From NCBI GenBank assembly GCA_965222375.1, contig CBDCTZ010000015.1, positions 1,344,001-1,408,000 of the forward strand: 64,000 bases of DNA, given 5' to 3'. Below the pieces are notes generated by a model that was given only the letters and a program-made list of their open reading frames with translations, was not told the origin of the DNA and did no database searches. The position numbers and the translations under genes are program-made. Below, piece by piece: positions 9,585 through 18,597 of the stretch. The DNA comes from Polyangiaceae bacterium (GTDB taxonomy: Bacteria; Myxococcota_A; Polyangia; Polyangiales; Polyangiaceae). The stretch's first letter is position 1; each line of letters opens with the position of its first letter.

Positions 9585-11012
9585 ATGGCTATCGGCAACC
9601 TGGTCTCGTTTCGCCCCAGTGGCCCGCCCAGCGTGCCGCCGGACACCTGGGCATCGGCTAATCGGGCGGCCCGCAAGATTGCGCGGCCTCTGAGCCACTA
9701 CCTTCACGTCGAGGCTACCAGCGGCGTGGTGCTAATACTCGCCGCGGCCGTGGCGTTGATTTGGGCGAACAGCCCTTGGCGCGCCAGCTACGAGCACCTG
9801 TGGCACACGCCGATCGGGTTTTCTCTCGGCTCCTTCAACTTCTCGCACGCGCTGCACTTCTGGATCAACGACGTGTTGATGGTGCTCTTCTTCTTCGTGG
9901 CGGGGATGGAAATCCGTCGTGAGATCCACGAAGGCGAACTGAGCGAAGTGCGCCGCGCGGTCCTGCCCGCCGTCGCTGCAATCGGTGGCATGCTCGCGCC
10001 CGCGGGGATCTACATAGCCTTTGCGTCCGGAACTTCGGTCAGCGGTGGCTGGGGCACACCCATGGCAACGGACATCGCCTTCGCTGTGGGGATCTTTGCG
10101 CTCCTGGGCAAGCGAGTTCCCGCGGGGCTGCGCGTCTTATTGCTCGCCCTCGCCATCATCGACGATATCGGCGCGATCATCGTCATTGCGGTCTTCTTCT
10201 CGTCGGACTTCGCGGCAAGCGGGCTGTTCTTGGCGGCCGCTGGGATCGCCGCCATCTACGCCATGCAACGCTTAGGGGTGCGGCGCGCCCTGGCGTATGT
10301 GCCGCCAGCCATCGTGATCTGGGCCGGCATGTACAAGAGCGGCGTACACCCCACGATCGCAGGGGTCATCGTGGGCATGCTGACACCAGCGCGGTCGTGG
10401 TACGGCCAACGCGGCTTTGCTTCGGTGGCTCGGCGCGCCATCGACGAGTTCTCCGCCAAGGCGCGTCAGAAAGCAGCAGACCACGACTTGGTGGCGCCGC
10501 TATCGAAGATTGAAGCGGCGCAGCGCGAAGCGTTGCCGCCGGTGGCGCGACTGACAGCGCTGATGCATCCCTGGGTGGCTTTTGCCATCATGCCCATCTT
10601 CGCCTTGGCCAACGCGGGTGTGGATCTGAGCACTGTGGACGCGGGCTACCCATCTGCCAGCGTGTTGGCCTGGGGCATCGCCTTGGGGCTGTTCCTGGGC
10701 AAGCCCTTGGGCATCGTGGCGGCTTGTTGGGTCAGCGTGAAAGCGGGTCTGTGCAGCTTGCCCCGCGGCGTGGACCTGAAGGGCATCACGGTCGTGGGTC
10801 TGGCAGCTGGCATAGGCTTCACCATGTCCATCTTCATCGCCGGGCTGGCGTTCCCGGATCCCGGGCACTTGAGCATGGCCAAGCTCGCGGTCCTGATCGG
10901 ATCCGCCGCCGCAGGCATTGGCGCCTTGGTAGTAGGCCGCATGGTCCTCAAGCCCGACCCCGAATTGGCCCACGTCTGCGTGGACGAAGCCGAGCGCTCC
11001 ACGGAATACTAG
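9585..11012 (+). CDS. nhaA: Na+/H+ antiporter NhaA
   Basis: WINDVLM, PMATDIAFA, LAIIDDIGAI, SGVHPTIAGV, FALANAGV, GIGFTMSIFI motifs. Confidence 0.95.
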   Translation: MAIGNLVSFRPSGPPSVPPDTWASANRAARKIARPLSHYLHVEATSGVVLILAAAVALIWANSPWRASYEHLWHTPIGFSLGSFNFSHALHFWINDVLMVLFFFVAGMEIRREIHEGELSEVRRAVLPAVAAIGGMLAPAGIYIAFASGTSVSGGWGTPMATDIAFAVGIFALLGKRVPAGLRVLLLALAIIDDIGAIIVIAVFFSSDFAASGLFLAAAGIAAIYAMQRLGVRRALAYVPPAIVIWAGMYKSGVHPTIAGVIVGMLTPARSWYGQRGFASVARRAIDEFSAKARQKAADHDLVAPLSKIEAAQREALPPVARLTALMHPWVAFAIMPIFALANAGVDLSTVDAGYPSASVLAWGIALGLFLGKPLGIVAACWVSVKAGLCSLPRGVDLKGITVVGLAAGIGFTMSIFIAGLAFPDPGHLSMAKLAVLIGSAAAGIGALVVGRMVLKPDPELAHVCVDEAERSTEY

Positions 11013-11161
11013 GCCGAGCAGCGCCGCGGGGGCGCGAGTTCGGGTTCAACTTCCTTTTCGAGGAGCGATAGATCCGAACAGACCCAAACCCTCTTCCTTC
11101 CCAACCTTCCCACCTCCTGTTCACTCTCCCAACACCCCGGGGCCGAACAGTCGATTGCTAC

Positions 11162-11206
11162 AAAAAGACCAAGGCCGGACGCGCTGAGCATCCGGCCTCG
11201 AGTCTT
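11162..11206 (-). terminator. Rho-independent terminator of the 11219..11932 gene
   Basis: Stem AGGCCGGA/TCCGGCCT (11172-11198), followed on the minus strand by a T run (A5 at 11162-11166). Confidence 0.6.
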
Positions 11207-11218
11207 GGTTCGGGAAGC

Positions 11219-11932
11219 TCAGGGAGCGGCCTGGAACTTCACCGTGCGGAACTGGCTCAGGGTCATTCGGCTGTCCTTGTCCAGAGCTGAATCGGGGGCG
11301 CCGCCCCGATCACGCCAGACGCGGGCCGTGATGTCGCAAGTCTTGTCCTTGTCGGACTCGAAGCTCTCCAGCGTCCCGGCAGGAATGGTGTAGCTGCCCG
11401 TATCCGAAGTTTCGATGTCAGACTGCAGCTTGATGCAGTCACCGTCGATCTCGATCCGGATGGAGTCGTTGCCAGCGGGGTCCCACTTGATCTCGACGGG
11501 CTCGGTCGTGCGGGAGAACTGCGCGATTGCTGGGACGGTGAACGGTGGCGGCAGTTTGCCGACGCTATTTGGAGCCGGCGAGTCGTCCGGGTCGCCGCGC
11601 TCGAGTCCAACCACGAATTCCGTGTCCGCATCGGCAGTGCCGAGCGTGGTGACGTACACGCCTTCCTCCTCGGCGTTCAGCGTCTTCGTCTCGCCGTTCG
11701 CCGTCACGGTCAACTTGTCACCATTCTCTAGAATCACGGCGGTACCGTCTGGCCCACCAACGTTGAGCTTCGCAGTCACCAGAGAACTGGTCCCGTTCTC
11801 AGACTTGACCTCGATCTTGGCGGAAATCCCCCCCGTCTTGATTTGACTGGAAGAGACGGTCTCCTCATTGCTGCAGCCCATCAGCGTTCCGACGGCTGCC
11901 AGCAAAGCAACTGAAGTGATAATTCGATTCAT
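11219..11932 (-). CDS. Hypothetical lipoprotein
   Basis: ATG at 11932 with AAAGGA RBS; LMGC lipobox; beta-rich body. Confidence 0.75.
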   Translation of the reverse strand: MNRIITSVALLAAVGTLMGCSNEETVSSSQIKTGGISAKIEVKSENGTSSLVTAKLNVGGPDGTAVILENGDKLTVTANGETKTLNAEEEGVYVTTLGTADADTEFVVGLERGDPDDSPAPNSVGKLPPPFTVPAIAQFSRTTEPVEIKWDPAGNDSIRIEIDGDCIKLQSDIETSDTGSYTIPAGTLESFESDKDKTCDITARVWRDRGGAPDSALDKDSRMTLSQFRTVKFQAAP

Positions 11933-11971
11933 GGCGATTCCTTTCGAAGCCAAAAGCCTTACTCTGCTTTA

Positions 11972-11988
11972 CGCAAAGTGCGCACCAG
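11972..11988 (-). promoter_or_regulatory. Putative sigma54 promoter
   Basis: Minus strand CTGGTGCGCACTTTGCG, GG-N10-GC, 40 bp upstream of the ATG. Confidence 0.5.
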
Positions 11989-12131
11989 AGATCCCCGTGG
12001 GGCGATAACCTCCAGTAAGCTTTCAGTTTTTTGTGCCGCGCCGGGTCCAAAAAGCTAACTGGACCCTGGCGTGGCGATCCTACTCCCTGTGGTCTAAAGA
12101 CGACAAAACCCCGCCTGACGCGGTGCGCAAA

Positions 12132-13499
12132 TTAGACGCGAGTGCGGGCCAACAATTCAACTCGGAGATCACCATCGTCGGTGGCCAACCCCTCGAGCAA
12201 CTCGTCCGCCGGGCACTTGCCTTCTTCGACGAGCTTAGCGAGTACCGCAAGGTGGATGCGCTCGTCTTGACCCCGCTGATTCTTGCGCTGTCGGCGTTCG
12301 AGGCCACCGGAAGCGATGTCCATGACCTGCTGGGCGAGCTCGCGCACTGGTTGCTCGTTCAGGGTCGCGGCTAGGCCGTGGGTGACGAGTTCGAGACGCT
12401 GCTCCGTGGTCCAGCGCAGGCGCTCGGCCAGCACGTGAGCCTCTGAGAGGGCCTTAGAGTCGTACATGAGCCCGGCGAAGAGCGCTGGGACGGCGCAAGC
12501 CAGATCCGTGGGCAGGGAGTCGCAGGCGCGAAACTCCAACGTGCCCTTGATGCGCGCTTCTGGGAACAGCGTGTTCAGATGCAGTTTCCAGTCGCTCATG
12601 GTGGCGCGGTGACCTTGGAAGCCGTTTTTCCAGAAGCTCCGAAAGCTCTGGCCGGTGTTCGCGACGACCTCGCCATCGCGCTTGATCAGGAACATGCCTG
12701 CGTTCAAGGCCCACTCGACGTAGTCGGCATAGGTGGGTTGTTCTTTTTCGCAGAGCGAGGGCACCAGGCCGGAGCGGTCCGGGTCCATGGACAGCCACAC
12801 TTCGCCCCGCAAGCTCTTCTTGCCGCTGATCTGGCCCTCGTAGAACGGGGAGTTCGCCAGCATGGCGTTGAGCAGAGGCGCAAGGCGCAAGCCGACGACC
12901 AGCTTGCGCATGGCGTCTTCTTCGTCCGAGTAGTCCAAGTTGGCCTGCACCGTCGCCGTGCGCCGCATCATGTCCAGGGCGCGGTGGCCGCGAGTGGGCA
13001 GGTACTCGCGCATGATCTTGTAGCGCTGCTTGGGCACCCAGGGCAGCGCCTCCTGGGTTGCCAAGGGGTGAAAGCCCACGCCCAGCCAGGTCAGGTTCAT
13101 CTCGCTGGAGATCTCGCGCAGCTCCGCAAGGTGGCCGCGCTGCACGGCGCAGATTTCGTGAACGTCGTCAGCGGGCGCGCCGGATAGCTCGAGCTGTGCG
13201 CCCGGCTCCAAGGTGATGGAGGCGCGCTCTCGGGTCAGCGAGATGATCGGTCCGCCAGCTTTTTCCGCCAGCGCCTTCCAGCCGTGCGCGTCCACCAGCG
13301 CTTTGAGTACGCGCAGAACTCCGTGCTCACCATCGTAGCTCAGGGGCGCGCCGGTGGTGGCATGCACACCAAACTTCTCGACCTCCGGGCCAATCCGCCA
13401 AGCCGACTTCGGCTTTTCGGCGGCGACAAAGGGCTCTAAGAGTTGTTCGAAGTCCGTGAGCACGTCATCGGACGCGGGATCAGTACTGGGTAGCGACAT
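12132..13499 (-). CDS. gshA: Glutamate--cysteine ligase (plant/GCS2-type)
   Basis: IGPEVEKF, TLEPGAQLELSG, PKQRYKIMREY, MMRRTATVQANLD, HLNTLFPEAR, LEFR motifs. Confidence 0.9.
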   Translation of the reverse strand: MSLPSTDPASDDVLTDFEQLLEPFVAAEKPKSAWRIGPEVEKFGVHATTGAPLSYDGEHGVLRVLKALVDAHGWKALAEKAGGPIISLTRERASITLEPGAQLELSGAPADDVHEICAVQRGHLAELREISSEMNLTWLGVGFHPLATQEALPWVPKQRYKIMREYLPTRGHRALDMMRRTATVQANLDYSDEEDAMRKLVVGLRLAPLLNAMLANSPFYEGQISGKKSLRGEVWLSMDPDRSGLVPSLCEKEQPTYADYVEWALNAGMFLIKRDGEVVANTGQSFRSFWKNGFQGHRATMSDWKLHLNTLFPEARIKGTLEFRACDSLPTDLACAVPALFAGLMYDSKALSEAHVLAERLRWTTEQRLELVTHGLAATLNEQPVRELAQQVMDIASGGLERRQRKNQRGQDERIHLAVLAKLVEEGKCPADELLEGLATDDGDLRVELLARTRV

Positions 13500-13653
13500 T
13501 AGGTTCCGACGGGCTCATGCTGGCGGTTTGCAACCGTGCGCGGGGCCTCGCCATGCCCGGGGGTCCTGAAAGGTGCCCGAGTATCCTACGAATAGGGGCC
13601 CGAAGCCTAGACCGAGGGTTTACTCCAGCGCGGCAGGACGGCAATCTCCGGGC

Positions 13654-14205
13654 ATGAATAAGCGGGTAAGTCGGGGGGAAGTGCTGGTCGTCGCGGGTCT
13701 GGTGGTGGCGTCGATTTTAGCCTGCAAGAAGGACAAGAAGGAAGAAAGCGGCGGGACGAACATCCAGATCGGCAAGGGAGACAAGACCGAAGGGGTCAAC
13801 GTCGAGACCGACAAGGCCAAGATCAACATCGGCAAGGGCGAGAAAGGCGAAGGCGTCAGCGTCGAGACCGACAAGGGCAAGGTCAACATCGGCGCGACCA
13901 AGGGCAACTGCAAGCCCGGCGACACCTGCGCCTGCAAGGGGATCGGCGCCTGCCAGCAAACTTGCGCGGGCAAGGGCTGCACCTTTTCGTGCGAAGGCAT
14001 CGGGGCCTGCGAACTGAATTGCCCCGAGGGCGGCTGCAAAGCCACGAGCACGGCCATGGGTGCCACACAGCTCAGGTGCGCTGGGGGTGACTGCACCTTG
14101 GACTGCAAGAGTGCCGGCTCCTGCCAACTGCTCAACTGCGAGAGTGGCTGCAAGATCAACTGCGGCGGCGCGGGTGAGTGCACCTGCAAGTCGGGCTGCA
14201 GCTGA
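13654..14205 (+). CDS. Cys-rich lipoprotein
   Basis: ILAC lipobox; duplicated GVxVETDKxKxNIG unit; repeated CxGxGxC motifs. Confidence 0.7.
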   Translation: MNKRVSRGEVLVVAGLVVASILACKKDKKEESGGTNIQIGKGDKTEGVNVETDKAKINIGKGEKGEGVSVETDKGKVNIGATKGNCKPGDTCACKGIGACQQTCAGKGCTFSCEGIGACELNCPEGGCKATSTAMGATQLRCAGGDCTLDCKSAGSCQLLNCESGCKINCGGAGECTCKSGCS

Positions 14206-14322
14206 AGCGCAGCTTGGCGACGACCCTAGCGCGGGCGAATACTCGGGTGAGTGCACCCGCAAGTCGGGCTGCAACTGAAACGCAGCTTGGCGACGACCCT
14301 AGCGCGGGCGAATACTCGGGTG
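14171..14322. repeat. 73-bp tandem duplication spanning the stop codons of two convergent genes
   Basis: Units 14171-14243 and 14244-14316 differ at 3 positions. CGGGTG occurs at each junction (14171, 14244, 14317). Confidence 0.9.
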
Positions 14323-15198
14323 CAGGGCCCGCAATTCGCGCACGAGCTCGGCGGTATGCTCTTCGGTGGTCCCTGCACCGCCGCCGATGATGCGCGCACC
14401 AGCGGTGTCCAGCTCCAATGCGCGGGCGGCCCAGATCTCGGGTTCGGAGCCGTCGTCGGGGAAACCCCGGACGCTATCGGGCCCGCCTGCGAGTAGGACA
14501 CCGATGACCAGGTTCTCGGCTTCGGGCAAGGCTTTGACCCGAGCCAAGATCGTCAGGCCGTCGTCAATGCTACTCACCTCGAATAGGATCGCGCTGGCGC
14601 CAGCTTGCGGCAGAGCCTCCAAGAGCGAGGGCAAAGTGCCACCCACGGCGAGCTCGCCACCTTGCGAGCACTCCACGATGGCCCAAACCGGTACTTCAGC
14701 GGCTGACGCTGCAGCGACGGCGGTCATCAATTCGATGCGCGAGCCCTGTCCCCGAGCGAAAATGAAGTCCACGCCCGCTGTTTGGATCCGAGCGGCATGC
14801 TCCTCCAGCTCCTCCCGGAGGCGATCCGCGAACATAGGCGCGACCATCTCGCTACCCAGCACTCCCGCAATCGCCACCGGCCTTGTGGTTCCCTCCCGGG
14901 CTTCCTGGGCCAGCTCCACGGCCCGCGCGGTCAGCGCGGCCGAGCGATGCTGCATGCCCACTTCTGCCAAAGCGCGAGGAGTGGTGTCGGCGGTCAGGGC
15001 GCACACCACGTTGACGTCGCTTCGCACCTCGGCGCGGTAGTGATCGAGCACCGCATCCGGGCTCTTGCGAAGCAGCTCGCCCACGGCACCCGGCGAGTCC
15101 ACAGACACACCTCGGGCACGGAAGGACGCACAGGTATCCGCGTCGACAACGATGGGTCGACCGCTAGTAAGACGCGGGCGAAGCGCTTCGAGAGTCAT
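14299..15198 (-). CDS. Homocysteine S-methyltransferase family protein (Zn ligands absent)
   Basis: PDAVLDHYRAEV, AVELAQEA, VAIAGVLG, GARIIGGGAGTTEEH match the HMT fold, but GGCCG is replaced by GGGAG. Confidence 0.75.
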   Translation of the reverse strand: MTLEALRPRLTSGRPIVVDADTCASFRARGVSVDSPGAVGELLRKSPDAVLDHYRAEVRSDVNVVCALTADTTPRALAEVGMQHRSAALTARAVELAQEAREGTTRPVAIAGVLGSEMVAPMFADRLREELEEHAARIQTAGVDFIFARGQGSRIELMTAVAAASAAEVPVWAIVECSQGGELAVGGTLPSLLEALPQAGASAILFEVSSIDDGLTILARVKALPEAENLVIGVLLAGGPDSVRGFPDDGSEPEIWAARALELDTAGARIIGGGAGTTEEHTAELVRELRALHPSIRPR

Positions 15199-15226
15199 GA
15201 ATCCGTTGGGCGCTAGATCGCCGCAC

Positions 15227-17146
15227 TCACTCCCAGCCGCATTGCTGCCCTTTGTTCTGTGCATCCAACCACTCGATCAACGGCTTGTAGTAGTCGATGA
15301 TGGCCGTGGCATCCATCCGGCTCTGTCCGGTCATCGCCTTCAGGGCCTCGGGCCAGGGCTCGCTCGCCCCGAGCTTCAGCATGGCGATCATCTTCTCGCC
15401 GGCAGCCTTGTTACCGTGAATGCTGCAGGTGTGCAGAGGCCCAGTGTGCCCGGCAACTTTGCACAGCGCGCGGTGGAATTGGTACTGCAGGATGCGCGCG
15501 ATGAAGTAGCGGGTGTACGGCACGTTGGAAGGGATGTGGTACTTCGCGCCGGGGTCGAAGTCGTTCTCGCTGCGCGCGGCGGGTGGAACGATGCCCTGAT
15601 ACTTCTTGCGCAGGGCCCACCAAGCTTCGTTGTACTTGCTGGGGGGAGTCTTGCCGCTGAACACGTCCCAGCGCCATTCGTCGATCATCTTGCCGAAAGG
15701 CAGGAAAGCGATGCCCTCCAAAGCACGCTGCATCAGCACGTTCAACTCGGCCTTGGCATCCGAGGGCGCTTTGGCAATTAGACCAACCTTCGCCAAGTAT
15801 CCCGGGGTCACGCTCAGGGCCAAGGTGTCACCAATGCCCTCGTGGAAGCCGTCATTGGCGCCCGCTTGATACAGCACCGGCAAGTGCTTGTAGTAGTGGA
15901 AGTAGTAGTTGTGCCCCAGCTCGTGATGGATCGTCACCAGGTCTTCGTGGTTGACCTCGATGCACATCTTGATCCGGAGGTCGCCCTCCATGTTCACGTC
16001 CCAAGCACTCGCGTGGCACTCCACTTCGCGATCCTTGGGCTTGAGGAATAGGCTGCGCTCGTAGAAGGTCTTCGGCAACGGGTCCATGCCGAGGGAGGTG
16101 AAGAACCCTTCACCCAGCTTGACCATCTTCAGCGCGTCGTACTTCTTCGCCACGAGCTGCTTGGTCATGTCCGCCTCACCCTTGCCCGGATAAGGCTCCA
16201 TTTCCTTGTACAAGCCGCCCCACTCTTGCGCCCACATGTTGCCCAATAGGTGGGCCGGGATCGGGGCCTTTTCCGCGATCTTGTCCTTGCCGTACTTGGT
16301 GCGCAGCCGCCCCCGCGCAAAGCAGTGCAGCTTCTCGTAAAGCGGCTTCACTTCGACCCAGAGCCGATCCATCTCCTTGTGGAAGCTTTCGGCGCTCATG
16401 TCGTAGCCGCCCTTCCAAATGTCCGACACGTCCCGAAAGCCGAGCTCTCGCGCACCCTCGTTCCCTAGCGAAACCATCTCTTGGTAGAGGGGTCGCATCG
16501 GTGGACTGATGCTGCGCCACCCCTTCCAGGCCTCGAGCAGCAAATCGTAGTTCCTGCTCTTGCTCAAGAGCTTGCTCAAGTCTTGAAGAGTCAGGCACTC
16601 GCTGGTCTTGTCGACGCCGTGCCCTTTGAACTTGGGGGAGCACGTCTTGCCCTTGCCGTACATGCTCTCCAGTTGAGTCGTGATCTCTGCCAAGCGCTTG
16701 CGCTTGGTCGCGTCGCTAGGGGCTGGGATCCCCGCCGAGTACTTGAGCAGGTAGAGCATCCGTTTCGTGTCCGGCGATAGGCCTTGAACTTTCTCGAAGC
16801 GCTGCGCCTCCTTGATGCGACGGGCGGTGTACTCCAGCACCTTCTCGTGCTCGTGAGCCGCCATTTGCTCTGTGTCATGGGTGATGAAGTTGGATTTCAC
16901 CCAAGCCGCACGTTCCGCAGTGGTCCAGAGCTCCTTGAGTTCACGATTGGTTTGCGCCACGAAGGCGTCAGCACCCGCCGGCGTCGCGGGTTGCAACGGC
17001 GTGCCGTCTTCAGCGACCTCACCGGGTGGCGGAGGAGGCGGCGGGCCTTCCGCGGCGGGCGGGGAACCGCACGCGGTGGCCACGGCGGAGACACCGGCGA
17101 CGAGACTGATGGCGAGCCCAGAACGCGATAGCAAGCTGCGAGTCAT
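15227..17146 (-). CDS. M2 family metallopeptidase (peptidyl-dipeptidase A, ACE-like), lipoprotein
   Basis: PAHLLGNMWAQ, CHASAWD, HHELGH, GANDGFHEGIGD, FDPGAKYHIP motifs; ATAC lipobox. Confidence 0.95.
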   Translation of the reverse strand: MTRSLLSRSGLAISLVAGVSAVATACGSPPAAEGPPPPPPPGEVAEDGTPLQPATPAGADAFVAQTNRELKELWTTAERAAWVKSNFITHDTEQMAAHEHEKVLEYTARRIKEAQRFEKVQGLSPDTKRMLYLLKYSAGIPAPSDATKRKRLAEITTQLESMYGKGKTCSPKFKGHGVDKTSECLTLQDLSKLLSKSRNYDLLLEAWKGWRSISPPMRPLYQEMVSLGNEGARELGFRDVSDIWKGGYDMSAESFHKEMDRLWVEVKPLYEKLHCFARGRLRTKYGKDKIAEKAPIPAHLLGNMWAQEWGGLYKEMEPYPGKGEADMTKQLVAKKYDALKMVKLGEGFFTSLGMDPLPKTFYERSLFLKPKDREVECHASAWDVNMEGDLRIKMCIEVNHEDLVTIHHELGHNYYFHYYKHLPVLYQAGANDGFHEGIGDTLALSVTPGYLAKVGLIAKAPSDAKAELNVLMQRALEGIAFLPFGKMIDEWRWDVFSGKTPPSKYNEAWWALRKKYQGIVPPAARSENDFDPGAKYHIPSNVPYTRYFIARILQYQFHRALCKVAGHTGPLHTCSIHGNKAAGEKMIAMLKLGASEPWPEALKAMTGQSRMDATAIIDYYKPLIEWLDAQNKGQQCGWE

Positions 17147-17306
17147 GGCGGCGGGAGTAACCGCGCCCAGAAGTGAGATCAAGGGCCGGCTCGGGGGACG
17201 AGATTTGTGGCAGCGGACTCCCGGGTGCAGCGGCGAGCTTCAGGGCACCCCATGCCGGTGGGGGGACCTCGTCCAGTCTGGGGGTGCATGATACGCTGGG
17301 GCTTGC

Positions 17307-17603
17307 ATGCGCCCGCTCACGACGGATCTTTCCAAAGGGGACCATCGCCCCTATTTTCTTTGGGACGAAGACATCTCCATCGCCGAACTGCGCGCCAAGC
17401 TCAGCGGTGACGACAGGGGAGAGCGCCTCCGTCTATTGGGCAAGATGCTGCGTGAGGCGCGGGACATCGACGTGTGGCACTTCATCACGCCACAGGACGT
17501 AGCGCGTGACTTGCCCGCCCTTGGCCGAAGGCTCGGTCGAAGACGAGCGTTTTGGGAGTTTCTCATAGCCGGCTGGCGCGAGGACGGCATCATCGCGGCG
17601 TGA
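17307..17603 (+). CDS. Small protein, putative antitoxin of the AbiEii-like toxin
   Basis: 98 aa with RPYFLWD motif, directly upstream of the nucleotidyltransferase gene. Confidence 0.65.
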   Translation: MRPLTTDLSKGDHRPYFLWDEDISIAELRAKLSGDDRGERLRLLGKMLREARDIDVWHFITPQDVARDLPALGRRLGRRRAFWEFLIAGWREDGIIAA

Positions 17604-17621
17604 GCGCCACGGCGTACGGAG

Positions 17622-18287
17622 TTGAGTTCAGAGGTGAAGAAGGAGCTTGGGCTACTGAGCCCCTTGCAGCACGACGTGCTCGGGGCGTTCTTCGAACGCG
17701 AACGCGGCTTCTTTCTCACCGGCGGGGGCGCTCTGGCCGGTTTTCATTTGCGTCACAGAACCACGACCGACCTGGATCTGTTCACGCTTGACCCCAGCGC
17801 GTTTGAGCGTGCACGACACGTGATGGCCGACATGGCTGAGTCGCTCGGGGCAGAACTGAAGATCCTACAGGATGCACCCGGCTTTCGCCGTTACAGCGTG
17901 ACACGCGGCAGCGAGACGCTGTTGGTCGACTTGGTGCTAGAGCGCGTGAAGCAACTCCACTCCGTAAAACCCGAACACAACGGAGTGCTGGTAGATCCAC
18001 CCGAAGAGATCTTGGCCAACAAGCTAAACACCGTAGTCAGTCGCGCAGAGGAGCGCGATGTGGTTGACATCATGCTACTCGAACGTGCCGGCTATCGAGT
18101 GGAAGACGCCCTGCCCGCCGCGCTCGACAAGGACGGCGGCTGCACGCCAGCGACGCTCGCGTGGTTGCTTTCGCAAATCGAAATCCCGGCTGGCGCCTCC
18201 TTGCCCGCGAACGTGAAGGCCGAAGAGCTCCAAGCCTACATCGCCGAACTGGTGCGCCGACTGCGCCTCGCCGCAGCGCCCGACTAG
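17622..18287 (+). CDS. AbiEii/AbiGii-family nucleotidyltransferase toxin
   Basis: FFLTGGGALAGFHLRHRTTTDLDLF, EILANKL..R..RDVVD motifs. Confidence 0.85.
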   Translation: MSSEVKKELGLLSPLQHDVLGAFFERERGFFLTGGGALAGFHLRHRTTTDLDLFTLDPSAFERARHVMADMAESLGAELKILQDAPGFRRYSVTRGSETLLVDLVLERVKQLHSVKPEHNGVLVDPPEEILANKLNTVVSRAEERDVVDIMLLERAGYRVEDALPAALDKDGGCTPATLAWLLSQIEIPAGASLPANVKAEELQAYIAELVRRLRLAAAPD

Positions 18288-18374
18288 TGGGGCCTCTACA
18301 CCTGGGATACCTCGCTTCACCAAGGAGATACAAACCTCCCCAGCCCCACCCAACCAACAAGGGGTAGCTGATTC

Positions 18375-18423
18375 CTAGAGCCAGTAGCGGGCGCCCAGGC
18401 CGACGGTGATGCCTACGCCGATC
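18375..18423 (-). repeat. Displaced copy of the tauE 3' end (att-like direct repeat, left)
   Basis: 43/49 nt identical to 29704-29752; encodes IGVGITVGLGARYWL* versus IGVGITVALGARYWL*. Confidence 0.9.
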
Positions 18424-18597
18424 TTTAGAGCGTAGACGGGCGCCCGGACTGGGCTTGATGCCTGTGCATTTGGCCCACAAAGCATCGAGTTCGGGATGTA
18501 TCAGACCTATCCGAACGGCAAACCCGCGGCCCGGGCTGGAGGCCGAGGAGGCAGCGGCCCGGTTCGAATTTTGCGGATCCTTCGCTAGACTCGGACC

